Notes: generated by a model from the letters alone, not told the origin. A stretch of 64,000 bases of DNA from an uncultured Rhodothermaceae bacterium (GCA_964503085.1 CAZCYQ010000002.1:469-64468), one strand, 5' to 3'; counted from the stretch's first letter, positions 10,321 through 21,560 are shown. A program made the numbers and translations.

Positions 10321-12327
10321 TTAATCCGTGGCGTCTTGTAATCGGGCAATAACCGCTTCTGTATCCTGGGTCGGCAGATCACATGTGCTCCCATGACATA
10401 CATGTATTGCCGGCTCATTACTGCCCCCGAAGACCGGACGTGAAAGAATCACGGCATTGGGAGCATAAATTCGTCTAAGGGCCGATAACATCTCCTGCGT
10501 TCCAACAAGACTGCGGGCTCCCGAAACCAGCACCTCGCTGCTGGGACCCAACGCATAGTCCAAGGCAGACAACGCTGCATTAAAGCCATCAGGGTAGTGC
10601 CGCAATCCCGCCGAATGCGCGGCAATCGCGTCATGCCCAGCGGCTTCCAGTTCAGTCTTGCCGGTTATGCGTCCTAAGCGTAACAGATTCATCATCATTA
10701 CAGCACCGCCTGCCGGGAGTGCGCTGTCAAATGATTGCTTTGGGCGCATCAGGAGTGCCTCGCTGTCCTGTGCAGTCAGATAAAAGCCCCCCTCTTCATC
10801 TCCGAATTCAGCTAATACTGTTTGTGTGAGCCTCATCGCCCACAAACAATAGTTCTCTTCGCCGGTAGCTTCATAAAGTGCCAGGAGTCCCATGACCATA
10901 TAGGCATAATCATCCAGCATGCCCGTTATTGCAGCTTCTCCCTCACGCCATCGATGCAGCAGTCTGCCTGGCTCCGGTACCATGTGTGCTTCAATGAATT
11001 GTGCGCATTTTACAGCACGGCGAATCAAATCGGCATCGTTCAACACCGTACCACACCGCGCCAGAGCGGCAATCATGAGTCCATTCCAGTCTGCTAACAC
11101 CTTATCATCAAGGAGCGGACGTATACGCTGCGCGCGAAGATCGAATAGCTGCCTGGAGGCCACGAACAGACGCGCACTATCCGAAAGATCATCCCCCGGA
11201 GAACGATAAAGGATGTTGTTACCGGAACGATCTCCGGTAGCTTCATCAATATAATTACCTGTTTCAGTAAGATTGAATGCACCTGTGACAAGCCTTGCGG
11301 CTGCTGGATCCAGCACACTACGCACTTCATCCATACTCCAGACATAGTATTTACCCTCGACTCCTTCAGAATCTGCGTCCTCTCCGGTACAATAGGTGCC
11401 TTCGGTATTCTGTAGTTCACGGCGAACGTACTCCAGTATGCTCCGAACTGTCTGCTCATACTCCAGACGTCCAGTTGCCTGAAATGCCTCAAGGTAGACT
11501 AGTGCCAGGAGCGCCTGATCATATAGCATCTTTTCGAAATGCGGCAAGCGCCACACTGGATCCGTACTGTAGCGGTGGAAACCCCCACCTATTTGATCAA
11601 ACATCCCCCCTCGACGCATCTGCTGAAGCGTATGTTCAACCATTTGCAGTGCGCGAGTATTTCCTGTACGATTCCAATAGCGCAGTAAGAATCTCAGACG
11701 TTCCGGGGACGGAAATTTGGGGGCATGACCAAATCCACCATTGACTGAGTCAAATTGTTGCTCATGGTACTTGAATGCTGCATCAAGGACCTGTACAGAT
11801 AACTCCCCTCCCGCAAGATCAAGCGTTGAGGCATTCTGCAACGCACCTAAAAAGTTATCCGCGATTTTCTCCAGCGCGGACCGATCCTCCTGCCACATTT
11901 CTGCTATACGTGGAATGATCTGCAGCATACCATCGCGTCCATAGCGCCCGGTCTTGGGGATATATGTACCTGCAAAAAATGGGCGCATGTCCGGCGTCAT
12001 CATTATGGAGAGTGGCCATCCACCACGCCCGGTGGCAACCTGACAGGCGCTCATATAGATGCTATCCACATCTGGACGCTCCTCACGGTCAACCTTGATG
12101 TTAACGAATGTGTCGTTCAGCAATTGGGCCACTTCTGTATCCTCAAACGACTCGTGCTCCATTACATGGCACCAATGGCACGTCGCATACCCGATTGAGA
12201 GAAATATTGGTCGATCAGTTGTCCGGGCAGTTGCAAAAGCCGCATCTCCCCAAGGCCACCAGTTAACCGGGTTATCCTTGTGCTGGAGAAGATATGGGCT
12301 CTTTTCGGAAGCCAAACGGTTGCTCAT
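10321..12327 (-). CDS. thioredoxin-domain protein, DUF255/YyaL family
   Basis: N-terminus [22 protein letters not shown]...[18 protein letters not shown] is the hallmark of YyaL / SPATA20-like proteins. A long alpha/alpha-toroid-like C-terminal part follows. Confidence 0.85.
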   Translation of the reverse strand: MSNRLASEKSPYLLQHKDNPVNWWPWGDAAFATARTTDRPIFLSIGYATCHWCHVMEHESFEDTEVAQLLNDTFVNIKVDREERPDVDSIYMSACQVATGRGGWPLSIMMTPDMRPFFAGTYIPKTGRYGRDGMLQIIPRIAEMWQEDRSALEKIADNFLGALQNASTLDLAGGELSVQVLDAAFKYHEQQFDSVNGGFGHAPKFPSPERLRFLLRYWNRTGNTRALQMVEHTLQQMRRGGMFDQIGGGFHRYSTDPVWRLPHFEKMLYDQALLALVYLEAFQATGRLEYEQTVRSILEYVRRELQNTEGTYCTGEDADSEGVEGKYYVWSMDEVRSVLDPAAARLVTGAFNLTETGNYIDEATGDRSGNNILYRSPGDDLSDSARLFVASRQLFDLRAQRIRPLLDDKVLADWNGLMIAALARCGTVLNDADLIRRAVKCAQFIEAHMVPEPGRLLHRWREGEAAITGMLDDYAYMVMGLLALYEATGEENYCLWAMRLTQTVLAEFGDEEGGFYLTAQDSEALLMRPKQSFDSALPAGGAVMMMNLLRLGRITGKTELEAAGHDAIAAHSAGLRHYPDGFNAALSALDYALGPSSEVLVSGARSLVGTQEMLSALRRIYAPNAVILSRPVFGGSNEPAIHVCHGSTCDLPTQDTEAVIARLQDATD

Positions 12328-13637
12328 GATGCTACAAGACCTATGCCTACATCCATCACGTTTGTATGTGTGGGGCCGGTGATCAGAAGTTGTTTCGTGG
12401 CACGGAGGCAGTTATATGCATCATTCGCTTCAAGGGCCGCGTACGGATCTACTCCGTGCGCCAATGCCACCGGAACCGTGTTCGGGGTTACCCATCCCCC
12501 CGCAGCATCCGTAGGCCCATCAATCCCATCCGTACCGCCAGAAAGCAGCACAGCATCCAAAGATGCCCCCTCGAGTACACATGCTGCGGCCAATGCTAGC
12601 TCCTGGTTGCGTCCACCCTTCCCATTACCCCGTACGGTAACCGTGGTTTCACCACCCCAAATAAAACATTGACCCGGTTTTAGACGCAAGACACGTCGCG
12701 CCATGGCTGCTCCCACTTCCCGTGCTTCACCGCATACATCATGATCCACCGATACAACCTCGAATCCCATAGTTTGAGCGGCAGCTTTTGCTGCTTTCAA
12801 TGCGTTAACATTTGAGGCCAACAGCCGAAAAACTGACTGTTCCAAAAGCTTCGTGTTTGGCTTCGGTGTATCTGGCAAGCTACCTTCAATTCCATGTTGC
12901 AGATACTGGTGCACTTCCGTTGGAAGTTGCAAATCCAATCTCTGGATTATTTCTGTCGCGTCCTGCCAAGTAGTTGGATCACCCACCGTAGGCCCGCTCC
13001 CAATTACCGAGCTATCATCACCAATAACATCCGAGACAGCTAATGTGACCACATGTCCCGGCCACGCTGCTTCTGCAAGACGTCCCCCCTTTATGGCAGA
13101 TAGATGCTTGCGGATCGTATTCAACTGATGTATATCCGCACCGCTCTGCAAAAGCATCTGGTTTACCGTTCGAATATCCTGCAGAGATAAGCCATTGATC
13201 GGAGCACTCCACAACGCCGAAGCCCCACCGCTGAGTAACACGATGAGTGTATCGTCCCGCTCACAATCTTTCGCGACATTGAGAGCACGCTCCGCCGCAC
13301 GCTGACTATTGATATCGGGGATTGGATGTCCACCTTCGAAAATCCTTATCGCTGCAGGGCGTGCAAATTGATCTGGGAAGGAGTCCTTGTATCCGTGCGG
13401 TACAACTACCTCGCCCTCAAATGAGGCATTCGGGAAGCATTGCTCCAGTGCTGCTGCCATAGTCATAGCTGCTTTGCCAGCACCAACAACACGACATGAA
13501 CCGAAAATAGGCAAGTCAACCACCTTCTCAAATGCTCTATAGGCACTCACGCTATCTACCGCAACACTAAATATTCTCTTGGCCGCAAAACCAAACTCTG
13601 ACGCCCACAAATCCCTATTTTTAGGCTCATTCATCAT
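12324..13637 (-). CDS. glycerate 2-kinase / hydroxypyruvate reductase-like (DUF4147 + MOFRL)
   Basis: Motifs [35 protein letters not shown] and [15 protein letters not shown]. There is a 4-nt overlap with the downstream gene. Confidence 0.85.
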   Translation of the reverse strand: MMNEPKNRDLWASEFGFAAKRIFSVAVDSVSAYRAFEKVVDLPIFGSCRVVGAGKAAMTMAAALEQCFPNASFEGEVVVPHGYKDSFPDQFARPAAIRIFEGGHPIPDINSQRAAERALNVAKDCERDDTLIVLLSGGASALWSAPINGLSLQDIRTVNQMLLQSGADIHQLNTIRKHLSAIKGGRLAEAAWPGHVVTLAVSDVIGDDSSVIGSGPTVGDPTTWQDATEIIQRLDLQLPTEVHQYLQHGIEGSLPDTPKPNTKLLEQSVFRLLASNVNALKAAKAAAQTMGFEVVSVDHDVCGEAREVGAAMARRVLRLKPGQCFIWGGETTVTVRGNGKGGRNQELALAAACVLEGASLDAVLLSGGTDGIDGPTDAAGGWVTPNTVPVALAHGVDPYAALEANDAYNCLRATKQLLITGPTHTNVMDVGIGLVAS

Positions 13638-13645
13638 TTACTCCT

Positions 13646-14416
13646 ATGCATCGTCGTTCTTTTATGTCAACCGTCCCGCTGGCCGCGGCACTACCATTTG
13701 TATCACCCGTTAGTCCCGGAAAACAACAACAGTATTTCGAACTCATAACATACCACACGAATGTAGGAGCCGGTAAATCGCGCGTTGCTGATTTTTATCG
13801 GGACGCAGCATTACCCGCTTACGGAAGACTGGGTATCGGACCAATAGGTGTATTTGCCCCTATGTATGGACCCAACCAGCCATCTCTCTACGTTATACTC
13901 CCTCATCAAACCATGGACTCTGCCATGCGAAGTAGTACATTGCTCCTGGATGATTTAGAATTCCGACGCTCGGGGGCAGATTTCCTAAATGCCACACTTG
14001 ACAGTCCAGCCTATGTACGGCGAGAGCACCAACTTATGCGTGCTTTCGTGGATATGCCGCAGATAGCAAAACCCGCCAATGGACCGGATAGAATATTTGA
14101 ATTGCGAATATACGAGAGCCACAGCGACGTCGCTGGGCAGAAAAAAATTGCCATGTTCAACGAAGGTGGGGAGATTGCCATTTTCCATAAGACTGGGCTT
14201 AATCCAGTATTCTTCGGCGAGACACTATATGGACCATTAATGCCAAATCTGACCTATATGCTGGGGTTTGAGAATATGTCTGAACGAGATGCGGCATGGG
14301 CAAGGTTTATTGTTGATCCAGAATGGATTGCACTGCGCGATGATCCCACTTATGCAGATACCGTTTCCAATATTACGGACTTCATTCTTCGCCCCCTTCC
14401 ATTTTCACAGATTTGA
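13646..14416 (+). CDS. NIPSNAP family protein with Tat-like signal
   Basis: MHRRSFMSTVPLAAALP resembles a twin-arginine signal. There are two NIPSNAP-like halves (YFELITYH..., IFELRIYESH...). Confidence 0.7.
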   Translation: MHRRSFMSTVPLAAALPFVSPVSPGKQQQYFELITYHTNVGAGKSRVADFYRDAALPAYGRLGIGPIGVFAPMYGPNQPSLYVILPHQTMDSAMRSSTLLLDDLEFRRSGADFLNATLDSPAYVRREHQLMRAFVDMPQIAKPANGPDRIFELRIYESHSDVAGQKKIAMFNEGGEIAIFHKTGLNPVFFGETLYGPLMPNLTYMLGFENMSERDAAWARFIVDPEWIALRDDPTYADTVSNITDFILRPLPFSQI

Positions 14417-14417
14417 C

Positions 14418-15998
14418 ATGAAGAACTTACAAGCTTTTGTGATCCTGCTGGTTGTAGTCATATCGCTCCCCTTACTCGCATATGCACAGGTTGCGCCAGC
14501 TCCAGATCGTGGGCCTGATGAAGGCGAGGGGCCTTTTGAGCGCCTGGTCATCCGGGGGGCTACCGTGATTGACGGGACCGGCTCACCCCCTCGCAGTCCT
14601 ATGGATATCGTGATTGAGGGGAACCGTATCGTACGTGTGACCAGTGTTGGTGCCCCTTATGTGGACATCAATGAGGATCGCCGACCCGGTGAGGCAACTT
14701 TTGAAATTGATGCACATGGGAAATACGTGATGCCCGGGATTATAGATCTGCACGCCCATACGGGCGGAATCCCCAAGACTCCCGAAGCGGAATACATCTA
14801 TAAGCTATGGCTCGCTCACGGAATCACAACAGTGCGAGGAGTTTCCTTCGGAGGCTTTGAGTGGTCACTGAATGAGAAAAAGCGGAGCGCTAAAAACGCA
14901 ATCACTGCCCCCCACATGGTAAGTTACCATCGGCCCGGCAGCGGCTGGGACCAAGGCCCCGTCACAACCCCGGAAGCTGCGCGCGCCTGGGTACAATTTG
15001 CAGCCGAATCTGGAGTAGATGGCCTCAAGCTTGGCTCGTACCCGCCAGACATCATGTCTGCCCTGCTGGATGAGGCTGCCAAGCATAACCTCGGATCAAC
15101 AGCCCATTTAGGACAGATGGGGGTAGCTCAAATGAATGCGCTGGATGCAGCTAGGCTTGGACTTGGCAGCATGACCCACTTTTATGGACTCTTCGAGGCA
15201 CTTTACGATGCACATGATGTGCAACCCTGGCCTGTAGATATGGACTACAACGACGAACAGATGCGCTTCGGACAGGTCGCGCGTCAGTGGTCGCTGGTAA
15301 CCCCAAATAGCGATCGATGGCACGCTGTCATGAATGAATTCCTGGAACTGGACTACTATATCAATCCCACATTGAACATCTATTCGGCAGGACGGGATGT
15401 AATGCGAGCAAAAAATGCGGACTGGCACGAAAAATATACGCTCGGCAGTCTCTGGGAATTCTTTACACCAAGTCGCACCGATCATGGATCATATTTCTTC
15501 AACTGGACTACCCACGATGAGGTAGCGTGGAAGAAGTTTTATCAGGTCTGGATGCAGTTCCTCAATGAATACAAGAATCTTGGAGGCAAGGTTACAATCG
15601 GCAGTGATAGCGGCTATATCTATCAACTCTACGGGTTCGGAACGATCCTGGAGTTTGAACTGCTGCAGGAGGCTGGATTCCATCCATTAGAAGTTGTTCG
15701 CGCTGCTACTATGCATGGGGCCATGGAGATCTATAAGCCCCTCCAGAAACCCATCGACTTTGGAGTCATCCGCGCGGGCATGCGCGCGGATCTACTCATT
15801 GTAGACGAAAATCCATTGGCGAACTTTAAGGTTCTTTACGGAACGGGCGCTATGAAGCTCAACGATCAAACCGGTGAGGTTGAGCATGTAGGAGGAGTCA
15901 GGTATACCATCAAGGACGGTATCCTCTACGATGCAAAAGCTCTCTTGGAGGATGTAGCCAATATGGTACAAGCGCAACGGTACAAGGAAACGGAATAG
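14418..15998 (+). CDS. secreted amidohydrolase family protein
   Basis: I place the start at the ATG at 14418 (MKNLQAFVILLVVVISLPLLAYAQ signal), 1 nt after the upstream stop. The track start at 14268 overlaps the NIPSNAP gene. Metal-binding motif PGIIDLHAHTGG is present, with an amidohydrolase-like C-terminus. Confidence 0.85.
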   Translation: MKNLQAFVILLVVVISLPLLAYAQVAPAPDRGPDEGEGPFERLVIRGATVIDGTGSPPRSPMDIVIEGNRIVRVTSVGAPYVDINEDRRPGEATFEIDAHGKYVMPGIIDLHAHTGGIPKTPEAEYIYKLWLAHGITTVRGVSFGGFEWSLNEKKRSAKNAITAPHMVSYHRPGSGWDQGPVTTPEAARAWVQFAAESGVDGLKLGSYPPDIMSALLDEAAKHNLGSTAHLGQMGVAQMNALDAARLGLGSMTHFYGLFEALYDAHDVQPWPVDMDYNDEQMRFGQVARQWSLVTPNSDRWHAVMNEFLELDYYINPTLNIYSAGRDVMRAKNADWHEKYTLGSLWEFFTPSRTDHGSYFFNWTTHDEVAWKKFYQVWMQFLNEYKNLGGKVTIGSDSGYIYQLYGFGTILEFELLQEAGFHPLEVVRAATMHGAMEIYKPLQKPIDFGVIRAGMRADLLIVDENPLANFKVLYGTGAMKLNDQTGEVEHVGGVRYTIKDGILYDAKALLEDVANMVQAQRYKETE

Positions 15999-16047
15999 AC
16001 CTTGGTCAGTTATACGCATCCGTTTTAGCTTCAAAAACCACACTTAT

Positions 16048-16566
16048 TTGATGAAACAAGCAATTACCCTTTTCCTGATTGCAACTTTTGTGGCTCTGCC
16101 AGCCAGTGCACAGGAGCATGACAACAGCGCTTATCTCACTGCTTTTTCGGGTGATTTTGATGGCGCATCTGAAAAACTGCATTCTCTGGGAGAAGCCATC
16201 CCCGCCGACCTTTTTGACTGGCGCCCTGCAGAAGGAATCCGCTCAGTTCTCGAAGTGCTGGATCACGTATCAGATGCCAACTTTGGCATTGCGGCAGCAC
16301 TTGGCCATGCGTCGGACTACGGGGCCAATAAATCCGAAACCAAAGAAGCCGCCCTCGAGCGTTTGATGGCTTCCCAAAATCACGTACGCGGACTCCTGGA
16401 AACCATGGGAGACTCGGACTTGGGGGAGTCTATTGAACTCTTTGGGATGCAGCTGAACGTTTACGGAGCCTTGGCAATCATTGGCGGGCATACCCATGAG
16501 CACTTGGGACAGATGATCGCTTATGCGCGCTCAAATGGTGTCGCCCCGCCTTGGAGCGGTGGTTGA
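16048..16566 (+). CDS. DinB family protein (secreted)
   Basis: Signal peptide, then a four-helix DinB-like layout with a His triad region, including HTHEHLGQMIAYAR. Confidence 0.7.
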   Translation: MMKQAITLFLIATFVALPASAQEHDNSAYLTAFSGDFDGASEKLHSLGEAIPADLFDWRPAEGIRSVLEVLDHVSDANFGIAAALGHASDYGANKSETKEAALERLMASQNHVRGLLETMGDSDLGESIELFGMQLNVYGALAIIGGHTHEHLGQMIAYARSNGVAPPWSGG

Positions 16567-17533
16567 TCGAGGAATCGTCTGGATTATTGGCCTGTTACTG
16601 GTCACCCTGTGTGCCTGTCAGACTAACGTTGAACAGGCCTATCCTTCCCGTCCGCTGACCGTTATCGTGCCATGGAAAGCAGGTGGAGGTACTGATACCG
16701 CCACCCGCGCCTTGGCGGCTGTGCTACAGGATGAGCTGGGGCAGCCTGTGAATGTGATCAATCGAACTGGTGGCGGTGGGATTGTTGGACACTATGCTCT
16801 TAGTCAAGCCCAGCCGGATGGCTATACGCTGGGTGCCATCACCGTTGAAATTACGATGATGCACTGGACCGGCCTTACCCCTCTTGACTATACAAACTAC
16901 TCCCCGATTGCGCTGGTTACGGTCAATCCAAGCGCGATTACGGTGCGCAGTGATGCGCCTTGGGAAGACATACATGATCTCATTGCCGCGCTCGAGGCAG
17001 ATCCAGGAACCTTAACAGCAAGCGGTACCTCACTGGGCGGTATATGGGATTTGTGCAGGATTGGATTTCTCGAAGCTGTGGGCCTTGATCAGTCCGCCAT
17101 GCCATGGGTCCCGAGTCAAGGGGCGGCGCCTGCCTTGCAGGAGCTACTGGCAGGCGGAGTGGATGTTGTGACGGCCTCTCTTGCTGAAACCGATGCACTG
17201 CGCCGGGCTGGCCGAGTTCGAACGCTTGCTCTGATGGCAAATGAACGACTGTCCGTGGCCCCAGATGTACCCACGCTTAAAGAACTCGGGATTGACTACG
17301 CATCCGAAGGTGGCTGGATGGTGCTTGCCGCTCCGGAAAACCTGCCGAACGCACGCTTGGAACTGCTGCGTGTGGCCGTCTGGAATGCATCCCGCAAACC
17401 TGAATTCAGCGTGCCCCTTGAACGAGCAGGATTTAGATTGCGGCATCTTACCGGAGACGCTCTTGAAACATTCCTTCGGGAAGAAGATCATCGTAGTGGC
17501 ATACTCTTGAACGAAGCAGGACTTGCCTTATAA
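16523..17533 (+). CDS. tctC: tripartite tricarboxylate transporter substrate-binding protein (Bug/TctC)
   Basis: Lipobox LVTLCAC and core motif PWKAGGGTDTATR...NRTGGGG typical of TctC. The true start may be the in-frame GTG at 16559, which gives less overlap with the DinB gene. Confidence 0.85.
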   Translation: MRAQMVSPRLGAVVDRGIVWIIGLLLVTLCACQTNVEQAYPSRPLTVIVPWKAGGGTDTATRALAAVLQDELGQPVNVINRTGGGGIVGHYALSQAQPDGYTLGAITVEITMMHWTGLTPLDYTNYSPIALVTVNPSAITVRSDAPWEDIHDLIAALEADPGTLTASGTSLGGIWDLCRIGFLEAVGLDQSAMPWVPSQGAAPALQELLAGGVDVVTASLAETDALRRAGRVRTLALMANERLSVAPDVPTLKELGIDYASEGGWMVLAAPENLPNARLELLRVAVWNASRKPEFSVPLERAGFRLRHLTGDALETFLREEDHRSGILLNEAGLAL

Positions 17534-17951
17534 CAGCATCTATTTGCGAATACCGGGGATAGTATTTCTGATCCTCGCTGCCGCCATATGGCTGGGCACC
17601 CGTAATTTTCCTTCCCTCCCTGAGGGCTATCCTGGGCCGGGGCTTTTTCCAAATGCGCTGGCATTTTTGCTGGTGCTGGTCGGGATCGGCCTGCTTTGGC
17701 GGCCATCTGCTGAAGTTGTCCCCGCTACACATCAACTGTCCGCAAAAGGTGTCACACGCATTTTGGGCGGACTCTCAGGTGCACTCCTCTTCCTACTGAT
17801 AAATCCCTTGACCAGTATTGGTGCTGCTGCCGGCATGACCTGCCTGGTGTGTGGCATGGCCATGCGAGCTCGAATCAAGGCAGTGCTGATTACTTCTGCG
17901 ACCACCGGGGTCATGATACACCTGCTCTTTTCTGGACTGCTGGCCCTCTGA
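17523..17951 (+). CDS. tctB: tripartite tricarboxylate transporter small membrane protein TctB
   Basis: 142-aa protein with 4 TM helices, located between tctC and tctA. Confidence 0.75.
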   Translation: MPYNSIYLRIPGIVFLILAAAIWLGTRNFPSLPEGYPGPGLFPNALAFLLVLVGIGLLWRPSAEVVPATHQLSAKGVTRILGGLSGALLFLLINPLTSIGAAAGMTCLVCGMAMRARIKAVLITSATTGVMIHLLFSGLLAL

Positions 17952-19429
17952 TGACATTCGTGAGCTGGGAAGGCGTCCTTGCGCTGATTGCCGGCGCGCT
18001 TTATGGTGCAATCTTCGGAGCAGTACCCGGATTGACTGCTACGCTCGCTGTTGCGCTTTTTATCCCTATAGCATTCTTTCTTGACGCCAAAATCGCACTT
18101 CCGGCGATAATCGCTATTTCTTCGGTGGCCATATATGCTGGCGATGTTGGTTCAGCAATTGCACGGATTCCGGGAACACCGGCCAGCGCAGCTTACGCCG
18201 ACGAACTTCATAACCTTAGCAGATCACGAGGTGCTCTGTATGGACTTGGGATTAGTGCGCTGGGATCGTCAGTCGGTGGTATACTCGGCACGCTGGTTCT
18301 TGCCGGTGGTGCCTTGGCACTGGCTACTTTGGCCGCGATGTTTTCGTCATTTGAGTACTTCTGGATTGCTGTATTGGGCCTGACTGCCGGCATTTTTGCT
18401 TCGGGGCGATACCTGCTAAAGGGGTTCGGCAGTCTCTTGATTGGACTTCTGCTCTCAACCGTTGGAGTTGATCCGACGCTGGGTTACCCCAGATTTCATT
18501 TTGGAAACCCAGCTTTTCTCGGCGGACTGGACTACATCGCCGTAATGATCGGGTTGTTCGGTTTCTCCGAAGTATTGTACCACATGGGTGCCGGTACGAA
18601 TTCTGCCCGTGCGGCAGATGCTTCAATCCGTCGCGAAGCACTCAGTAATTTTTACGCAGGCCCGCTGAAATTAATTCGCAAGGCCCGCAAACTCGTAGTA
18701 CGATCCTCATTACTTGGAATTTTTGTAGGATTCCTGCCCGGCGCAGGCGCAGATATTGGTGCCTGGGTTGCTTGCAGTCTTGAAAAACTGACTGCAAAAC
18801 GGCAGAAAAATGAGGAACGGGTCGTTCTGGCTGGCGTGAGCAGCAACAATGCCGCGGTCGCAAGTGCCTGGATTCCTGCACTTTCACTGGGGCTGCCGGG
18901 AGACACGGTCACTGCTATGGTTCTGGGCGTATTCATGATGAAGGGAGTGACACCCGGCCCACTCTTGTTTCAGGAGCAGATGCCCTTGATATGGATACTC
19001 TTTGGCACCTTCCTGATTGCAAATATCTTATTGTTGCCCACCGTGGGGCTCCTAACAGCCCGCATAGCAGGCACAGCTCTGCGCCTGCCGTTTAACCTGC
19101 TTTTGCCCATAATTGCGGCAGCATGTGTTACAGGCGCCTACGCGATAAACAACAACCCTCTGGATGTGGGTGTTATGGTATTGATGGGAGTGGTCGCCCT
19201 AATGCTGCGCAGGGGTGGGTTTCCACTCGCACAAGTGGTCTTGGGAATGGTATTGGGGCCAATCCTCGAGCAGCATTTCATGGTAAGTGCCATCAAATCC
19301 AACTGGAACGCATTCAGCTTCTTTGAGCGCCCCATTGCGCTCATCTTGATGGGGGCCTGCGTTGCGACCGTGATCCTCGGCATCATTGCGTACAAACGAC
19401 GACTCACCGGCAGCCACGAAGGTGGTTGA
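17951..19429 (+). CDS. tctA: tripartite tricarboxylate transporter permease TctA
   Basis: Start placed at the ATG at 17951 (MTFVSWEGVLALIAG), overlapping the tctB TGA. It is a large polytopic protein. The track start at 17849 lies inside tctB. Confidence 0.85.
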   Translation: MTFVSWEGVLALIAGALYGAIFGAVPGLTATLAVALFIPIAFFLDAKIALPAIIAISSVAIYAGDVGSAIARIPGTPASAAYADELHNLSRSRGALYGLGISALGSSVGGILGTLVLAGGALALATLAAMFSSFEYFWIAVLGLTAGIFASGRYLLKGFGSLLIGLLLSTVGVDPTLGYPRFHFGNPAFLGGLDYIAVMIGLFGFSEVLYHMGAGTNSARAADASIRREALSNFYAGPLKLIRKARKLVVRSSLLGIFVGFLPGAGADIGAWVACSLEKLTAKRQKNEERVVLAGVSSNNAAVASAWIPALSLGLPGDTVTAMVLGVFMMKGVTPGPLLFQEQMPLIWILFGTFLIANILLLPTVGLLTARIAGTALRLPFNLLLPIIAAACVTGAYAINNNPLDVGVMVLMGVVALMLRRGGFPLAQVVLGMVLGPILEQHFMVSAIKSNWNAFSFFERPIALILMGACVATVILGIIAYKRRLTGSHEGG

Positions 19430-19695
19430 CCTGAATTGTGAACTTTGCTTACCTTGGAGAATGTACTTAATACTTAGCCAAGATGATGATGCAAATCGTT
19501 ATTTCATCACGCGCCCAAACTGCAACAACTCTGGAATACTCTCTACACGACCGGGGAATAATCCCCAGACCACATGTACCATGTATTTGTGTGTATCTGC
19601 ACGAACAGATTTTTCTGTAAAACTTCGCAGAACAGCTTCTAAACCACGCACCTCTTAGTGTCCAACACCTAAAGTCTCAATCTTCTTAGTTACAC

Positions 19696-20310
19696 ATGTC
19701 AGTATCAATCTCTTGGAACAGAACAGAAAGTACTCTTGTCGGAAGCGTTAGGGGAAGAATTGACACCAACAGTGCTTCTCACTTTGAAGATCTGATCAAG
19801 ATTCGGGCTACACCTGATGAACCGAGCCTAATCTTGGATTTTACTGAAGTCTCCTTTATCTCCAGTGCAGGATTACACGTACTTCTCCTTCTAGCGCACG
19901 AGTACGGACAATCAGGTAGAACATTTGGCTTATGTGAACTCCCAGAACTAATACATGAATTGATGGAGATTAGTGGGATCGTCAGGATTGTACGCATCTT
20001 TGAATCCTACGAGGCCGCAACCGGCAGACCAAGTCAATCGCCTGGGGACAAAGATGGAGTGGGCTTCAGTGAATCTTTCAACCTAGAACTTATTCGAGAC
20101 AAATTCAGTGATATCGCTGGGTACACTATCCAGAAACATGAACATGTTACTGGAACATCAATTCCCTTAGAAAAACTTGAACAGGCACACGCTGAAATAA
20201 TAGCCGGACTACGGGACGTTGATGCAGATATGCGGAAGGCGCTGCGAAGCTATCATATGAGGCTGTTTCACATAGCTGAAGCTAGACTCAATAAAGTGCT
20301 TGACGAGTGA
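19696..20310 (+). CDS. STAS domain protein (anti-sigma-factor-antagonist-like) with an unknown C-terminal extension
   Basis: The N-terminal ~110 aa include LILDFTEVSFISSAGLHVLLLL...ELMEISGI, a SpoIIAA/RsbV-type fold signature with the conserved Ser. The C-terminal ~90 aa have no motif I recognise. Confidence 0.7.
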   Translation: MSVSISWNRTESTLVGSVRGRIDTNSASHFEDLIKIRATPDEPSLILDFTEVSFISSAGLHVLLLLAHEYGQSGRTFGLCELPELIHELMEISGIVRIVRIFESYEAATGRPSQSPGDKDGVGFSESFNLELIRDKFSDIAGYTIQKHEHVTGTSIPLEKLEQAHAEIIAGLRDVDADMRKALRSYHMRLFHIAEARLNKVLDE

Positions 20311-20505
20311 GTCCGCCGTGGCGAGTGCTTGGGTGAGATTCGCTGAATTCTATCCTTCGATTCGCATCCTGCAAAAAGCCGGGTTCTACATCTCAATCTG
20401 GTACGAACTGTGGTAGGCCACACCGCGAATATCCCGACTCAATCAGACCGGACGGTGCCCTTCAAACCTGCCTCGATAGATACCTGATCCTGCAATCCAA
20501 TACAC

Positions 20506-21123
20506 TCACTCCGTCACAGGACGCGAATCCTGGATAGGTGAACTTAACACGTCAGGATTAACGGTTTCCTCCGAAGGCTGGTCAGCAGTTACTCCGGCTA
20601 GAAATTTTTTCTGGAAAACCAGGATTCCTATTACTCCGCCTACAATTCCAATATCCGCCACATTGAAGATGGGGAAAAGTGCCAAATACACATCCCCGAT
20701 CAAGGGCACACCAGAAGGTAATTGACCATACCAGATATCAAAATGAATGAAATCAACAACCCGCCCCTGAAAAAAGGGCGCGTAGTTAAACACCATGCCG
20801 TAGAAAAGGCGGTCAATGATATTACCCAAAGCCCCGCCGAGTATGCATGCCAGACTGACTGTGTACGGTAGATAACCAGTCCGTACGCGGAACATATAGA
20901 CCGTTATCATCGCGGCGGCCAAGAGTGAAAAAACTGTAATCAGTCCCGCCGGGCCGAATGTAATCCCGAAAGCCATCCCAGGATTTTCGGTGTACGTAAA
21001 CTTGAGCCAGTCACCCAAAAGATTGATCGCCCCAAGGTGACCAATATCCATTTTGAGTCGCACTACCAGCTTTGTCGCCTGATCCAGCACCATTACTCCG
21101 GCGACAATCCAAAACAATCGCAT
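20506..21123 (-). CDS. lspA: lipoprotein signal peptidase II
   Basis: Start placed at the ATG at 21123 (MRLFWIVAGVMVLDQATKL). Motifs NPGMAFG and FNVADIGI are present. The track start at 21228 overlaps the upstream gene. Confidence 0.9.
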   Translation of the reverse strand: MRLFWIVAGVMVLDQATKLVVRLKMDIGHLGAINLLGDWLKFTYTENPGMAFGITFGPAGLITVFSLLAAAMITVYMFRVRTGYLPYTVSLACILGGALGNIIDRLFYGMVFNYAPFFQGRVVDFIHFDIWYGQLPSGVPLIGDVYLALFPIFNVADIGIVGGVIGILVFQKKFLAGVTADQPSEETVNPDVLSSPIQDSRPVTE

Positions 21124-21131
21124 GCGACAGA

Positions 21132-21560
21132 CTAGCGATTTTGCTTTAGCTTGGCCTCGATAGAGATCTCCGTATGGGGAACCGCCTCTAGTCGCTCTTT
21201 CGATATGGGTTTGCCCGTCACCCTGCATACCCCGTATGTTCGATTCTCAATACGTTCAAGGGCACGGTCTAGGTAACCAATGTACTTTTGCTGACGAGCC
21301 AGCATCAGGTACAACTTTTCGCGCTCCATTGCATCAGTTCCGGCATCCGCCATATGAAAACTATAGGCTGAGTCACTTTCCGACTGCTCGCGCGAGTCTT
21401 TGATCTGGGCTTGCATTCGTTTGACCTCCTCAATCGCGTTTCCACGCTTTGCTAGGAGTAACGCACGGAAATGGGCCAGCAATTTGTCGTCAAATGGTGT
21501 CTCTGGGCGGCTACCTTCTTCGGTCTCCGATGCTGATTGAGCTGCTTTCTGAACATTCAT
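21132..21560 (-). CDS. TraR/DksA family regulator (Cys-poor Bacteroidetes type)
   Basis: A coiled-coil N-terminal part is followed by YGVCRVTGKPISKERLEAVPHTEISIEAK. Only one of the four canonical zinc-finger cysteines is retained. It sits in the ileS-dksA-lspA position. Confidence 0.75.
   Translation of the reverse strand: MNVQKAAQSASETEEGSRPETPFDDKLLAHFRALLLAKRGNAIEEVKRMQAQIKDSREQSESDSAYSFHMADAGTDAMEREKLYLMLARQQKYIGYLDRALERIENRTYGVCRVTGKPISKERLEAVPHTEISIEAKLKQNR

Noticed and set aside
14268-14417. Upstream extension of the amidohydrolase ORF
   Set aside because: It overlaps the NIPSNAP gene by 149 nt. The internal Met at 14418 gives a proper signal peptide immediately after the upstream stop.
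17849-17950. Track start of tctA inside tctB, and the 21228 start of lspA inside the dksA-like gene
   Set aside because: Internal ATGs at 17951 and 21123 give the conserved N-termini and normal stop-start junctions.
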